64,000 nucleotides of DNA from Escherichia coli (GTDB taxonomy: Bacteria > Pseudomonadota > Gammaproteobacteria > Enterobacterales > Enterobacteriaceae): NCBI RefSeq assembly GCF_003334765.1, contig NZ_QOWT01000017.1; one strand, given 5' to 3'. How positions within the stretch are numbered: the stretch's first letter is position 1; each line of letters begins with the position of its first letter. Positions 27,451-37,961 of the stretch are shown here, piece after piece. The translations under genes were made by a program, and so were the position numbers. The notes beneath the pieces were generated by a model that made no database searches, was not told the DNA's origin, and worked only from the letters and a program-made list of their open reading frames with translations.

Positions 27451-29280
27451 CTACTCTTCGTCATCGCCATCAACATGCGCACGAATCAGCGCCATAAACG
27501 GTTTGCCAAAGCGTTCCAGCTTGCGCATCCCAACGCCGTTAACGCTGAGCATTTCGCTGGCGGTGATCGGCATCTGTTCAGCCATCTCAATCAAGGTTGC
27601 GTCGTTAAACACCACGTACGGCGGGACATTACTTTCATCGGCTATCGATTTACGCAGTTTGCGTAATTTGGCGAACAGTTTGCGATCATAGTTGCCGCCG
27701 AACGATTTCTGCATCGCTTTCGGTTTGAGCGCCACGATACGCGGCACGGCAAGTTGCAAAGAGGATTCGCCGCGCAGCACCGGGCGCGCGGCCTCTGTCA
27801 GTTGTAGGGCAGAATGCTGGGCAATATTTTGCGTCACCAGGCCGAGGTGAATCAGCTGGCGGATCACGCTCACCCAATGTTCATGGCTTTTATCACGGCC
27901 CATGCCATAGACTTTCAGTTTGTCATGACCATAGTCGCGGATACGCTGGTTATTAGCACCACGAATCACTTCCACCACATAACCCATCCCAAACCGCTGA
28001 TTCACACGACCAATGGTGGAAAGGGCAATCTGAGCATCGGTTGAACCGTCGTACTGTTTCGGCGGATCGAGGCAGATATCGCAGTTCCCGCACGGCTCCT
28101 GACGCCCTTCGCCAAAATAGTTCAGCAATACCAGACGACGGCAAGTTTGCGCTTCGGCAAACGCGCCCATCGCATTGAGTTTGTGGCGCTCGATATCCTG
28201 CAACTGCCCCTGCGGCTTCTCTTCCAGACAACGGCGCAGCCACGCCATATCAGCCGGATCGTAAAACAGCATCGCTTCCGCGGGCAGGCCATCACGCCCG
28301 GCGCGTCCGGTTTCCTGATAATAGGATTCGATATTGCGCGGAATATCAAAGTGGACCACGAAGCGAACGTTTGGTTTATTGATGCCCATGCCGAACGCCA
28401 CCGTCGCCACCACAATTTGCAGGTCATCGCGCTGGAATTTTTCCTGCACATCGGCGCGAACATTATTTTCCAGCCCGGCATGATAGGCCGCCGCGCTAAT
28501 TCCCTTGCTTTGCAGGCGCGCAGCGGTGTCTTCTACTTTCGCGCGGCTGTTGCAGTAGATAATGCCTGACTTACCGCGCTGTTCCTGCACGTAGCGCATC
28601 AACTGATCGAGCGGTTTGAACTTCTCCATCAGCATGTAGCGAATATTCGGACGGTCAAAACTGCTGATTTGAATCAGCGGATCGTTCAGCCCCAGCAGGC
28701 GCACGATATCCTGGCGCGTGGTGTCGTCGGCTGTGGCGGTCAGCGCCATAAACGGCAGCGTCGGGAACCGCTGGCGCAACTGACCGAGCGCGGCATATTC
28801 CGGGCGGAAATCGTGGCCCCATTGGGAGATACAGTGCGCTTCATCAACGGCTAATAACACCGGATTCCAGTGCGCCAGATGCTCAAGAAAGTTATCCAGC
28901 ATCAGGCGTTCCGGGGCGATATAAAGCAGACGAATTTGCCCGGTGCGGCAGCCTGTCATCACTTCAAGTTGCTGTTCGCGGGTTTGCGTCGAGTTAAGGC
29001 ACGCCGCCGCCACGCCGTTGGCTTGCAGTTGATCCACCTGATCTTTCATCAACGAAATCAGCGGTGAAACAACCACGGTAAGGCCGTTTAGCAATAAGGC
29101 AGGGATTTGATAGCAAAGGGATTTTCCGCCACCAGTGGGCATGACGACGAGGCAATCGCGGCCGGAAAGCACAGTGTCGATAATTTCTTCCTGGCCGGGG
29201 CGAAACTGTTGGTAGCCAAAGGTTTCTTGTAAAACCTGTTTAGCTCCGGACTCCAGATTCAACACTTCCGCCTGCGCCAC
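27451..29280 (-). CDS. recQ: ATP-dependent DNA helicase RecQ
   Basis: 609 aa from a GTG start ([15 protein letters not shown]); DEAH helicase motifs, zinc-binding CxxC region, HRDC tail. Confidence 0.95.
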
Positions 29281-29302
29281 ATTCACCCCGATTGCCTGAA
29301 AT

Positions 29303-29329
29303 AAAAACAGGCGCTATTTTCAGCGCCTG
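29303..29329 (-). terminator. Rho-independent terminator downstream of pldA
   Basis: CAGGCGCT-ATTTTC-AGCGCCTG hairpin with A-run on plus (T-run on the minus-strand transcript). Confidence 0.7.
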
Positions 29330-29412
29330 CGCGAGAAACTGCAATGCTTTTAGTCTCTGAGAGGGTAATCCTGGATGCTGGATTCCAGATTTGCCAACCA
29401 CTCAACCGTTCA

Positions 29413-30282
29413 TCAAAACAAATCGTTTAGCATAACCCCCACACCGACACGGGTCTGGTTGAAGTTATAGTCGATGAGCGATTCGCCATAGCCGCTGTAA
29501 ACCTGAGTATAAAGGCGCACATGTTTGGTGATCGGGTAACTTAAGCCTAACTCCGCGCCGCCGTAGCCGGTGTTCCAGTTGTACTGTCCTTTCGCACTGA
29601 GCACCGCATCACCGAGGTGATAGCCGATTTTAAGCTGGTAGTAACCCATATATTTGGTGATATCCGGGTTATCGTCAGTATTACCCACCACATACCACGG
29701 CTTCACTTCTACCAGCCAGTTACCGTTTTCTGCCATCAGGCGAGTATAAAGGCGGTTCCAGCTGCGGGAGGTCGGGTCGGAACGCCCGTTAGAGTCGTGG
29801 TTATACCCCATCTCCACATCGCGCAGCGTCCAACCTGCAAAACGGTAATCGGTGGCAAAACCGAGGAACAATTGCGGTTCGTAGTTGGTTTCACGAAACG
29901 GTGAAGACTCTTCGCTATTGGACAGTTGCCACCAGGATTTTTGCGTATAAGACGCACCCAACACCGAGTTCGGGCCTAAAATCCCACGCCACAGCGGAAA
30001 TGCCAGGCTCAACTGAAACTTTACTTCATCCTTACGCGCATTTTCCGCCCAGTCGTAACTGGCAATCGCTTCTTTATTCAGATCGCTGGTTTGGGTGTAA
30101 ATGAGGTAGTTGGTGTCATAAGGATAGAGCGTGAACGGATTGTCATGCTCCTGCAGCATATTGGCGATAATACTGCCACGCACCGCTGGCGCGTCATGCA
30201 CCTCTTTCACCGTTGCCTCTTGTGCATATACTGCCATAGGCAACATAAACACCGGCAACAACCAGCCCTGCAGAGTCCGCAT
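29413..30282 (-). CDS. pldA: Outer membrane phospholipase A
   Basis: 289-aa ORF with signal peptide and beta-barrel-like sequence. Confidence 0.94.
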   Translation of the reverse strand: MRTLQGWLLPVFMLPMAVYAQEATVKEVHDAPAVRGSIIANMLQEHDNPFTLYPYDTNYLIYTQTSDLNKEAIASYDWAENARKDEVKFQLSLAFPLWRGILGPNSVLGASYTQKSWWQLSNSEESSPFRETNYEPQLFLGFATDYRFAGWTLRDVEMGYNHDSNGRSDPTSRSWNRLYTRLMAENGNWLVEVKPWYVVGNTDDNPDITKYMGYYQLKIGYHLGDAVLSAKGQYNWNTGYGGAELGLSYPITKHVRLYTQVYSGYGESLIDYNFNQTRVGVGVMLNDLF

Positions 30283-30446
30283 CGGTCGTGTTCTCCGTAA
30301 CGAATTATTGATAAGGTGAATATTTTTCTGCGGGCTATTTTACATACTTAACTCCATAGCCGTTAGTTATCCCTTCCTAAAGTAGAAACCAACAACAAAG
30401 AAGCATAAAATCAACATTTCATTAACCAATGAAGTGTAAGGATGAT

Positions 30447-30914
30447 ATGTCTGCCGTACTGACCGCTGAACAAGCCCTGAAATTAGTGGGTGAGATGTTT
30501 GTTTATCACATGCCATTTAACCGCGCATTGGGGATGGAACTGGAGCGTTACGAAAAAGAGTTCGCACAGCTGGCCTTTAAAAATCAGCCAATGATGGTGG
30601 GCAACTGGGCGCAAAGCATTTTGCACGGCGGGGTCATTGCGTCGGCGCTGGATGTCGCCGCCGGTCTGGTGTGCGTGGGAAGTACCTTAACCCGCCACGA
30701 AACCATCAGTGAAGATGAACTACGCCAGCGGCTATCGCGGATGGGGACCATTGATCTTCGCGTTGATTATCTGCGCCCAGGCAGGGGCGAGCGTTTTACT
30801 GCTACTAGTAGCCTGTTGCGTGCAGGCAATAAAGTCGCCGTCGCCCGCGTTGAATTACACAATGAAGAACAGCTTTATATTGCCAGTGCCACCGCCACCT
30901 ATATGGTAGGTTGA
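30447..30914 (+). CDS. yigI: Hotdog-fold (4HBT-like) thioesterase YigI
   Basis: 155 aa from [17 protein letters not shown]; track ORF extended 6 codons. Confidence 0.85.
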   Translation: MSAVLTAEQALKLVGEMFVYHMPFNRALGMELERYEKEFAQLAFKNQPMMVGNWAQSILHGGVIASALDVAAGLVCVGSTLTRHETISEDELRQRLSRMGTIDLRVDYLRPGRGERFTATSSLLRAGNKVAVARVELHNEEQLYIASATATYMVG

Positions 30915-30965
30915 AGACATAAAAGCAGGTAAACTGCTGTTACCAATTAAAAATGAGTATTCCCG

Positions 30966-31856
30966 ATGGATGCAAAACAAACGCGGCAGGGCGTATTACT
31001 CGCTCTTGCCGCTTATTTTATTTGGGGTATAGCGCCAGCGTACTTCAAGTTGATTTACTACGTGCCCGCCGATGAAATCCTGACGCATCGCGTGATCTGG
31101 TCGTTTTTCTTTATGGTGGTGCTGATGAGCATTTGCCGCCAGTGGTCCTATTTAAAAACGCTGATTCAGACGCCACAGAAAATTTTTATGCTGGCAGTCT
31201 CTGCCGTGCTGATTGGTGGCAACTGGCTACTGTTTATCTGGGCGGTGAACAATCACCATATGCTGGAAGCGAGCCTTGGTTACTTTATTAACCCGCTGGT
31301 GAACATTGTGCTGGGGATGATTTTCCTCGGCGAGCGATTCCGCCGGATGCAATGGCTGGCGGTGATTCTGGCGATATGTGGCGTGTTAGTCCAGCTGTGG
31401 ACTTTTGGTTCGCTACCTATTATCGCGCTGGGACTGGCATTTAGTTTTGCCTTCTACGGTCTGGTACGCAAGAAGATTGCCGTTGAAGCGCAAACCGGCA
31501 TGTTAATCGAAACCATGTGGCTGCTGCCCGTGGCGGCAATTTACCTGTTTGCTATTGCCGACAGCTCAACCAGCCATATGGGGCAAAACCCGATGTCGCT
31601 GAATTTACTGCTGATCGCCGCCGGTATTGTCACTACCGTACCGCTGTTGTGTTTTACCGCCGCTGCCACGCGCTTGCGTCTCTCAACGTTAGGCTTTTTC
31701 CAGTACATTGGCCCGACGCTGATGTTCCTGCTGGCTGTGACGTTTTATGGTGAAAAACCGGGTGCCGATAAGATGGTGACTTTCGCCTTTATTTGGGTGG
31801 CGCTGGCAATTTTTGTGATGGATGCGATTTATACGCAGCGTAGAACGTCCAAATAA
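30966..31856 (+). CDS. rarD: EamA/DMT-family transporter RarD
   Basis: 296-aa 10-TM ORF. Confidence 0.9.
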   Translation: MDAKQTRQGVLLALAAYFIWGIAPAYFKLIYYVPADEILTHRVIWSFFFMVVLMSICRQWSYLKTLIQTPQKIFMLAVSAVLIGGNWLLFIWAVNNHHMLEASLGYFINPLVNIVLGMIFLGERFRRMQWLAVILAICGVLVQLWTFGSLPIIALGLAFSFAFYGLVRKKIAVEAQTGMLIETMWLLPVAAIYLFAIADSSTSHMGQNPMSLNLLLIAAGIVTTVPLLCFTAAATRLRLSTLGFFQYIGPTLMFLLAVTFYGEKPGADKMVTFAFIWVALAIFVMDAIYTQRRTSK

Positions 31857-31950
31857 AAAATAAATATATTCTGAAAAAATATGCCGACTCTTGCATGAGA
31901 GTGGGCATATTGCCATGCTGACCGGAGACTCATACAAGGATGTAAAATTT

Positions 31951-32331
31951 ATGTTACGTATATTTATCCCAACATCTAACGGTAAGATTTCCAGACGTCG
32001 TTATATATTTTCATTTATTTTAATAAATTTCATTTTTGCCTTTCTTATTATCTTTTTTAACGATGGAGAAGCAGGCTTTCTTGTTATAGTCTCTACCATC
32101 GTACTCCATTATCTCGTCATCAACATGAATTGCCAGCGACTCCGTGATAGTGGTTTCATCTATATAAAAACTTATGTTTTTGGTACATTAGCAGTATATA
32201 TCATCTCTATCATCACAATGATAGCCGAAGATTTTGCCTGTTCAGGCAATGGTTCGATGATTTTTTTGATTTGTTATTTTTCCACTTTCAGTATGCTAAT
32301 GCTTGCACCTACTGATTCATCAAAACAATAG
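31951..32331 (+). CDS. yigF: Small inner membrane protein YigF (DUF805-like)
   Basis: 126 aa from [18 protein letters not shown]; markedly AT-rich coding sequence; track ORF extended 20 codons. Confidence 0.8.
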
Positions 32332-32344
32332 TTATGGAGTATTT

Positions 32345-32725
32345 ATGAGTAAGGAATATATGAACGATGGTTCATTAAGTGAAAAATGGAAATACCGATT
32401 TAATTTTTATGATCAACATGGTTTTCCTGGATTCTGGGGGGCAACACCAGAATATAAAGCAGCATTTAAAGCATTAAAAGTAAGACAACGCTTAACTATT
32501 CAAATGAATTTCATTGCTTTCTTCTGTTCCTGGATATATTTATTTGTCCTGGGGTTATGGAAAAAAGCAATTATAGTTCTATTACTTGGTATTCTATCTC
32601 TATTTGTTGGTGCACTAATTGGCGTTAACATTCTGGGAATTGCCGTAGCAGCCTATGTTGCTGTTAACACGAACAAATGGTTCTATGAGAAAGAGGTAAA
32701 AGGGTTAAATACCTGGAGCCTTTGA
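32345..32725 (+). CDS. yigG: Small inner membrane protein YigG (function unknown)
   Basis: 126 aa from MSKEYMNDGSL with GGAG RBS; AT-rich; 13 bp after yigF stop. Confidence 0.8.
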   Translation: MSKEYMNDGSLSEKWKYRFNFYDQHGFPGFWGATPEYKAAFKALKVRQRLTIQMNFIAFFCSWIYLFVLGLWKKAIIVLLLGILSLFVGALIGVNILGIAVAAYVAVNTNKWFYEKEVKGLNTWSL

Positions 32726-32733
32726 ATAACAGG

Positions 32734-32770
32734 TGGCTTAGCCAGACTAAGCCACCGCTCTCGTTTTTTA
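32734..32770 (+). terminator. Rho-independent terminator of yigF-yigG
   Basis: GGTGGCTTAG-CCAGA-CTAAGCCACC hairpin followed by CGTTTTTT; T-run overlaps the corA stop codon. Confidence 0.7.
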
Positions 32771-33718
32771 CAACCAGTTCTTCCGCTTAAAGTACAGATA
32801 CGGTGCCAGGCCCGCGAGGATCATAAAGATAATCGCGCCAGGGTAGCCGAAGCTCCACTTCAGTTCTGGCATAAACTCAAAGTTCATGCCATAGCTGGAA
32901 GCAACGAGCGTCGGCGGCAGGAATACCACGGATACCACCGAGAAGATTTTGATGATGCGGTTCTGCTCGATGTTGATAAAACCCATTGCCGCCTGCATCA
33001 GGAAGTTCACCTTCTGGAACAGGGATTCGTTATGCGGCAGCAGGGATTCGATATCTCGCAGGATTTCACGCGCCTGCTCCAGTTGCCCACCCGGTAAACG
33101 CGCTTTACGCACCAGGAAGTTGAGCGCGCGCTGGGTATCCATCAGACACAGGCGAACTTTCCAGCCGATATCTTCCAGTTCCGCCAGAGTGGAGAGCGCC
33201 TCGTCGTACTCATCGCCCTGATGCCCTTCCATAATCACCCGGCTCAACTGCTCCAGGTCGCTATAGATATTTTCAATTTCATCTGCCAACTGTTCGATTT
33301 TGGTTTCGAACAGATCCAGCAGCAACTCGTAGGCGTTACCGTCTACCATCGACTGGCTACGGGCACGCATACGATACAGACGAAAAGCGGGCAGTTCACG
33401 CTCACGCAGAGTAAACAGACGACCATCACGGATGGTAAATGCCACAGTGGAGTTACCGGCGTGATCTTCCGCATCTTCAAAGAAGAAGAAGGAGTGAATA
33501 TGCAGGCCGTCGTCGTCTTCAAAGAAACGTGCCGATGCTTCGATGTCTTCCAGTTCCGGGCGGGTTGCCAGGCTCTGGCCAAGTTCAGATTGTACGCGCA
33601 GTCGCTCGTCGTCGTCCGGTTCGACAAGATCAATCCATACTGCATTTACAAGGGGTTGTGACTCTTCGACTTCCAGCCGGGTCAGTCGGTTATTTTCCAG
33701 TTGAAATGCGCTCAGCAT
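32768..33718 (-). CDS. corA: Magnesium/cobalt transport protein CorA
   Basis: 316 aa from [16 protein letters not shown]; C-terminal TM pair with YGMNF motif. Confidence 0.95.
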   Translation of the reverse strand: MLSAFQLENNRLTRLEVEESQPLVNAVWIDLVEPDDDERLRVQSELGQSLATRPELEDIEASARFFEDDDGLHIHSFFFFEDAEDHAGNSTVAFTIRDGRLFTLRERELPAFRLYRMRARSQSMVDGNAYELLLDLFETKIEQLADEIENIYSDLEQLSRVIMEGHQGDEYDEALSTLAELEDIGWKVRLCLMDTQRALNFLVRKARLPGGQLEQAREILRDIESLLPHNESLFQKVNFLMQAAMGFINIEQNRIIKIFSVVSVVFLPPTLVASSYGMNFEFMPELKWSFGYPGAIIFMILAGLAPYLYFKRKNWL

Positions 33719-34087
33719 GACCGGGACTCCCAATGCTTAAAATATCGGACAGTTCGGTGGGCACACAGAAACAAATTGGGTTTCAGACCATTAAACAGCC
33801 TGACTCAGCGCGACGGGAAAAATTGAGGTCGCTGACAACCGCTAAGGCTATCAGCAAAAAGGGATAGCCTTAGGAGTTGATCCTGGATGACAGGATAGTG
33901 AGCCAGTATCTACTGGGTGTGTCCAAGGCGAATGTCCTCTTAGAGTGATCGTGCGCGCATGTTACGCCAGCAAAATTTTGCCGTCAACACGCAACAGAAC
34001 ACCACAGAACAATAGTTGAACTTCGCGCTTTTTGGTACTCGTCAAGGTCGCTAACAGGATAAAAAAATCCCACATCCAGGACCTATA

Positions 34088-34852
34088 ATGGCGCATCAGC
34101 TACTCATTGGTAAAGGAATGATCACCTTGAATCTCAAACGGATTTTTCTCGCCCTCACCTTACTTCCCTTGTTTGCTGTTGCCGCTGATGATTGCGCACT
34201 CTCAGATCCGACGCTGACCGTACAGGCGTATACCGTTAATCCTCAAACAGAGCGGGTGAAAATGTACTGGCAAAAAGCCAATGGCGAAGCGTGGGGAACG
34301 TTACATGCTCTGCTGGCGGATATTAATAGTCAGGGTCAGGTGCAGATGGCGATGAACGGCGGCATCTATGATGAAAGCTATGCGCCGCTCGGTTTGTACA
34401 TCGAAAACGGTCAGCAGAAGGTGGCGTTAAATCTCGCTTCAGGTGAAGGGAATTTCTTTATCCGTCCTGGCGGCGTGTTTTATGTCGCGGGAGATAAAGT
34501 CGGCATCGTTCGTCTGGATGCCTTCAAAACCAGTAAAGAGATTCAGTTTGCGGTGCAGTCAGGGCCAATGTTGATGGAAAACGGTGTAATTAATCCGCGT
34601 ATTCATCCCAACGTCGCCTCAAGCAAAATTCGTAACGGTGTTGGGATTAATAAACATGGGAACGCCGTGTTTTTGTTGAGCCAGCAGGCAACAAATTTTT
34701 ATGATTTTGCCTGTTATGCCAAAGCGAAACTGAACGTTGAGCAGCTGCTTTATCTTGATGGCACGATTTCACATATGTATATGAAAGGCGGGGCAATCCC
34801 GTGGCAACGCTATCCTTTTGTCACCATGATTTCCGTCGAGCGGAAAGGTTAA
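34088..34852 (+). CDS. yigE: Exported protein YigE (function unknown)
   Basis: 254-aa ORF with signal-peptide-like N-terminus; start codon choice uncertain. Confidence 0.75.
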   Translation: MAHQLLIGKGMITLNLKRIFLALTLLPLFAVAADDCALSDPTLTVQAYTVNPQTERVKMYWQKANGEAWGTLHALLADINSQGQVQMAMNGGIYDESYAPLGLYIENGQQKVALNLASGEGNFFIRPGGVFYVAGDKVGIVRLDAFKTSKEIQFAVQSGPMLMENGVINPRIHPNVASSKIRNGVGINKHGNAVFLLSQQATNFYDFACYAKAKLNVEQLLYLDGTISHMYMKGGAIPWQRYPFVTMISVERKG

Positions 34853-34884
34853 AACGATAGTTTTGTGTCAGATACTGAAGATGG

Positions 34885-34995
34885 CGCAGATGCCGGATGC
34901 GGCGTAAACGCCCTATCCGGCCTACATGACGTTGCAATTTATTGAATCTGAATGATTTTTTAGGCCAAATAAGGTGCGCAGCACCGCATCCGGCA
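34885..34995. repeat. BIME/RIP-like element: two inverted REP units flanking a conserved central segment
   Basis: GCCGGATGCGGCGTAAACGCCCTATCCGGCCTAC ... TTGCAATTTATTGAAT ... TAGGCC...CACCGCATCCGGC between convergent yigE and uvrD. Confidence 0.8.
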
Positions 34996-34998
34996 ACG

Positions 34999-37161
34999 TT
35001 ACACCGACTCCAGCCGGGCGTATGCCGCCACCAGCCATTTAATACCCTGGCCCTGAAATGCCACCTGCAAACGGCTATGCTCACCGCTGCCTTCCATATT
35101 GACAATGGTGCCTTCACCAAACTTAGCGTGGCGTACGCGCTGGCCGAGCTTGTAGCCGCTGTCGTTCTCGACCATCGGCGTACCCATCCGCTGATGGCTG
35201 ACCGGGCGGCTTACCGTGGCGCGCAGGCGCACCTCTTCCACACACTCTTCCGGCAGCTCGCCGATAAAGCGCGACGGGCGATGGTAAACCTCTTTACCAT
35301 ACAGACGGCGGGTTTCCGCGTAGGTCAGCGTCAGTTTCTGCATCGCGCGGGTTACGCCAACGTAGGCCAGACGGCGTTCTTCTTCCAGACGCCCGCCTTC
35401 ATCCAGCGACATCTGGCTTGGGAACATGCCCTCTTCCATACCAACGATAAACACCTGCGGGAACTCCAGGCCTTTCGCCGAGTGTAGCGTCATCAACTGC
35501 ACCGCATCCTGCCAGGTATCCGCCTGCCCTTCACCTGCTTCCAGTGCCGCATGGGAGAGGAACGCCTGCAGCGGCATTAAATCTTCGTCTTCTTCGTTGT
35601 AGCTGAACTGGCGCGTTGCCGTCACCAGTTCCTCTAAGTTTTCGATACGCGTCTGACCTTTTTCGCCCTTCTCCTGCTCATACATGGTACGCAGGCCGGA
35701 GTCTTTAATTACCCGGTCAGTCTGTACATGCAGCGGCATATCGGCAGTTTCCTGCGCTAAGGCGTCGATTAATTCCATAAATCGCTGCAAGGCGCTGGCA
35801 GCTCGCCCGGCGAGGGCTTTTTCCTGCAACAGCTCACGACATGCCTGCCAGAGTGTTAACTGGCGATCGCGCGATGTCTGACGTACCACGTCCAGCGTCC
35901 GGTCACCAATACCCCGCGTTGGCGTATTCACCACACGCTCAAAGGCCGCGTCGTCGTTGCGGTTGGCAATCAGGCGCAGATACGAGAGCGCATCTTTGAT
36001 TTCCTGGCGTTCGAAGAAGCGCATCCCGCCGTAAATACGGTACGGCATACTGGCCTGCAATAACGCCTCTTCGAGCACCCGCGACTGGGCGTTGCTGCGG
36101 TAGAGAATGGCGCACTCGGCAAGCGCTCCGCCGTTGTCCTGCCAGGTTTTGATGCGGTTAACCACAAAACGCGCTTCATCGAGTTCGTTAAAAGCGCAAT
36201 AGAGGGAAATAGGCTCACCGTCCGCGCCATCGGTCCACAGTTTTTTACCCAGACGCCCGTTATTGTTTTCAATCAGGGCGTTAGCGGCGCTCAGAATATT
36301 GCTGGTAGAGCGGTAGTTTTGCTCCAGACGAATAGTTTCGGCACCGGGGAAATCATTAAGGAAACGCTGAATATTCTCCACCTGCGCCCCGCGCCAGCCG
36401 TAGATTGACTGGTCGTCATCACCGACGATCATCACTTTGCCGGTGTCGCCCGCCAGCAGGCGGATCCACGCGTACTGAATGTTGTTGGTATCCTGGAATT
36501 CGTCCACCAGGATATTGGTAAAACGTTCGCGGTAGTGTTGCAGGATATGCGGCTTGTTAAGCCACAACTCGTGAGCGCGCAGCAGCAGCTCGGCGAAGTC
36601 CACCAGGCCCGCGCGGTCACACGCTTCCTGATACGCCTGATACACCTTCTGCCAGGTCTGCTCCACCGGATTACCGTAGCTTTGAATATGATGCGGACGC
36701 AGGCCTTCATCTTTCTGGCTGTTGATGTACCACATTGCCTGCCGCGGCGGCCACTGCTTCTCGTCGAGGTTCATGGCTTTGATCAGACGCTTAAGCAGGC
36801 GTAGCTGGTCTTCACTGTCGAGGATCTGGAAATCCTGCGGCAGATTGGCGTCCATATGGTGCGCACGCAGCAAACGGTGCGCCAGCCCGTGGAAGGTGCC
36901 GACCCACATACCGCCCTGGCTCGTGCCCATCAGTTGCCCGATACGATGACGCATCTCCGCCGCCGCTTTGTTGGTAAACGTCACCGCCATAATCGAGTAT
37001 GGCGAGCAGTTTTCCACGCTCATCAACCAGGCGATACGATGCACCAGTACGCGCGTCTTACCACTGCCCGCGCCCGCCAGCACCAGAAGGTTGCTGCGTG
37101 GCGCGGCCACCGCTTCGCGCTGTTTGTCATTAAGGCTGTCGAGCAGGTAAGAAACGTCCAT
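34999..37161 (-). CDS. uvrD: DNA helicase II (UvrD)
   Basis: 720 aa from MDVSYLLDSLNDKQREAV with Walker A GAGSGKT; track ORF extended 63 codons upstream. Confidence 0.95.
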   Translation of the reverse strand: MDVSYLLDSLNDKQREAVAAPRSNLLVLAGAGSGKTRVLVHRIAWLMSVENCSPYSIMAVTFTNKAAAEMRHRIGQLMGTSQGGMWVGTFHGLAHRLLRAHHMDANLPQDFQILDSEDQLRLLKRLIKAMNLDEKQWPPRQAMWYINSQKDEGLRPHHIQSYGNPVEQTWQKVYQAYQEACDRAGLVDFAELLLRAHELWLNKPHILQHYRERFTNILVDEFQDTNNIQYAWIRLLAGDTGKVMIVGDDDQSIYGWRGAQVENIQRFLNDFPGAETIRLEQNYRSTSNILSAANALIENNNGRLGKKLWTDGADGEPISLYCAFNELDEARFVVNRIKTWQDNGGALAECAILYRSNAQSRVLEEALLQASMPYRIYGGMRFFERQEIKDALSYLRLIANRNDDAAFERVVNTPTRGIGDRTLDVVRQTSRDRQLTLWQACRELLQEKALAGRAASALQRFMELIDALAQETADMPLHVQTDRVIKDSGLRTMYEQEKGEKGQTRIENLEELVTATRQFSYNEEDEDLMPLQAFLSHAALEAGEGQADTWQDAVQLMTLHSAKGLEFPQVFIVGMEEGMFPSQMSLDEGGRLEEERRLAYVGVTRAMQKLTLTYAETRRLYGKEVYHRPSRFIGELPEECVEEVRLRATVSRPVSHQRMGTPMVENDSGYKLGQRVRHAKFGEGTIVNMEGSGEHSRLQVAFQGQGIKWLVAAYARLESV

Positions 37162-37219
37162 TGGCACCGCCGCGTAAAAATAGGTTGGGCGGAGAAGCGC
37201 AACGCCCTCCGCCAAAAAG

Positions 37220-37235
37220 CTGGGTATATATACAG
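37220..37235 (-). promoter_or_regulatory. LexA (SOS) box in the uvrD promoter
   Basis: CTGGGTATATATACAG = CTG-N10-CAG with central TATATATA, about 60 bp upstream of the uvrD ATG. Confidence 0.8.
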
Positions 37236-37244
37236 ATTTGCTGA

Positions 37245-37961
37245 TTATATCAGCGAGGTCAGAGATGCCAACCGGGAAATTTCCAGATGCGGCAGTAAAC
37301 GGCTGTCCCAGGTTTGCATCAGATCGCCATTTTCCGGTCTGATCCAACAAGCCTGCATTCCGCTGCGAATTGCCCCACCCACGTCAGTGGTGAGATCGTC
37401 CCCAACATGTAAGATCTCGCCGATCGGCACGTTGAGTTTTTCCGCAGCCAAAAAGTACATATCGCTGAACGGTTTTGAGCGCCCGTGCGGGCCAGCGCGC
37501 AGCACAAACTCAAAATAATCCCCCAAACCAAACAGCTCCGGCTGGGCGTTACCGTTGGTGATCGCCACCAGCGGCCATTTCTTCGCCAGCTGTTTTAAGG
37601 TGTCGTGAGTTTGCTGCGGGACGTCGATTCGGCTGCGCCATTTGGCAAAGTTGATCATTGCTGCGTGTGCGCCTGCACTGGCTTCTTCGGCACTCAGCCC
37701 GGCGTCGAGCATCGCTTGTTCAATCGAACGAAAACGCCAGCGCGTCACGTCGTGATAAATCTCGGGTTCCGCTTCCCGTACCGCCTGGCGCAGGCGTTGC
37801 AGATCTTCATTCTGGAAGCTGCGCAGCGCCGGATGATAATTTTGCACAAAGGTAAGCGCCTCTCGCTCGGTGCGCAAAATCACCGGACGGTTATCGTAAA
37901 GGGTATCATCCAGGTCAAAGGTGAGCGCCGAGATGCGCCCCAAAGGCCGGTAAAAACGCAT
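37245..37961 (-). CDS. yigB: HAD-family phosphatase YigB
   Basis: 238-aa ORF with HAD motif I ([12 protein letters not shown]). Confidence 0.88.

Noticed and set aside
29340-29370. LexA-like CTG...CAG palindrome (CTGGATGCTGGATTCCAG) upstream of recQ
   Set aside because: Spacing between the CTG and CAG half-sites is 12 or 5 nt rather than 10, and the AT-rich centre is absent.
31860-32770. yigF-yigG considered as a toxin-antitoxin or defence module
   Set aside because: Both products are predicted membrane proteins with no nuclease, kinase or antitoxin-like DNA-binding domain that I can recognise; low GC alone is not sufficient. Kept only as an uncharacterised islet.
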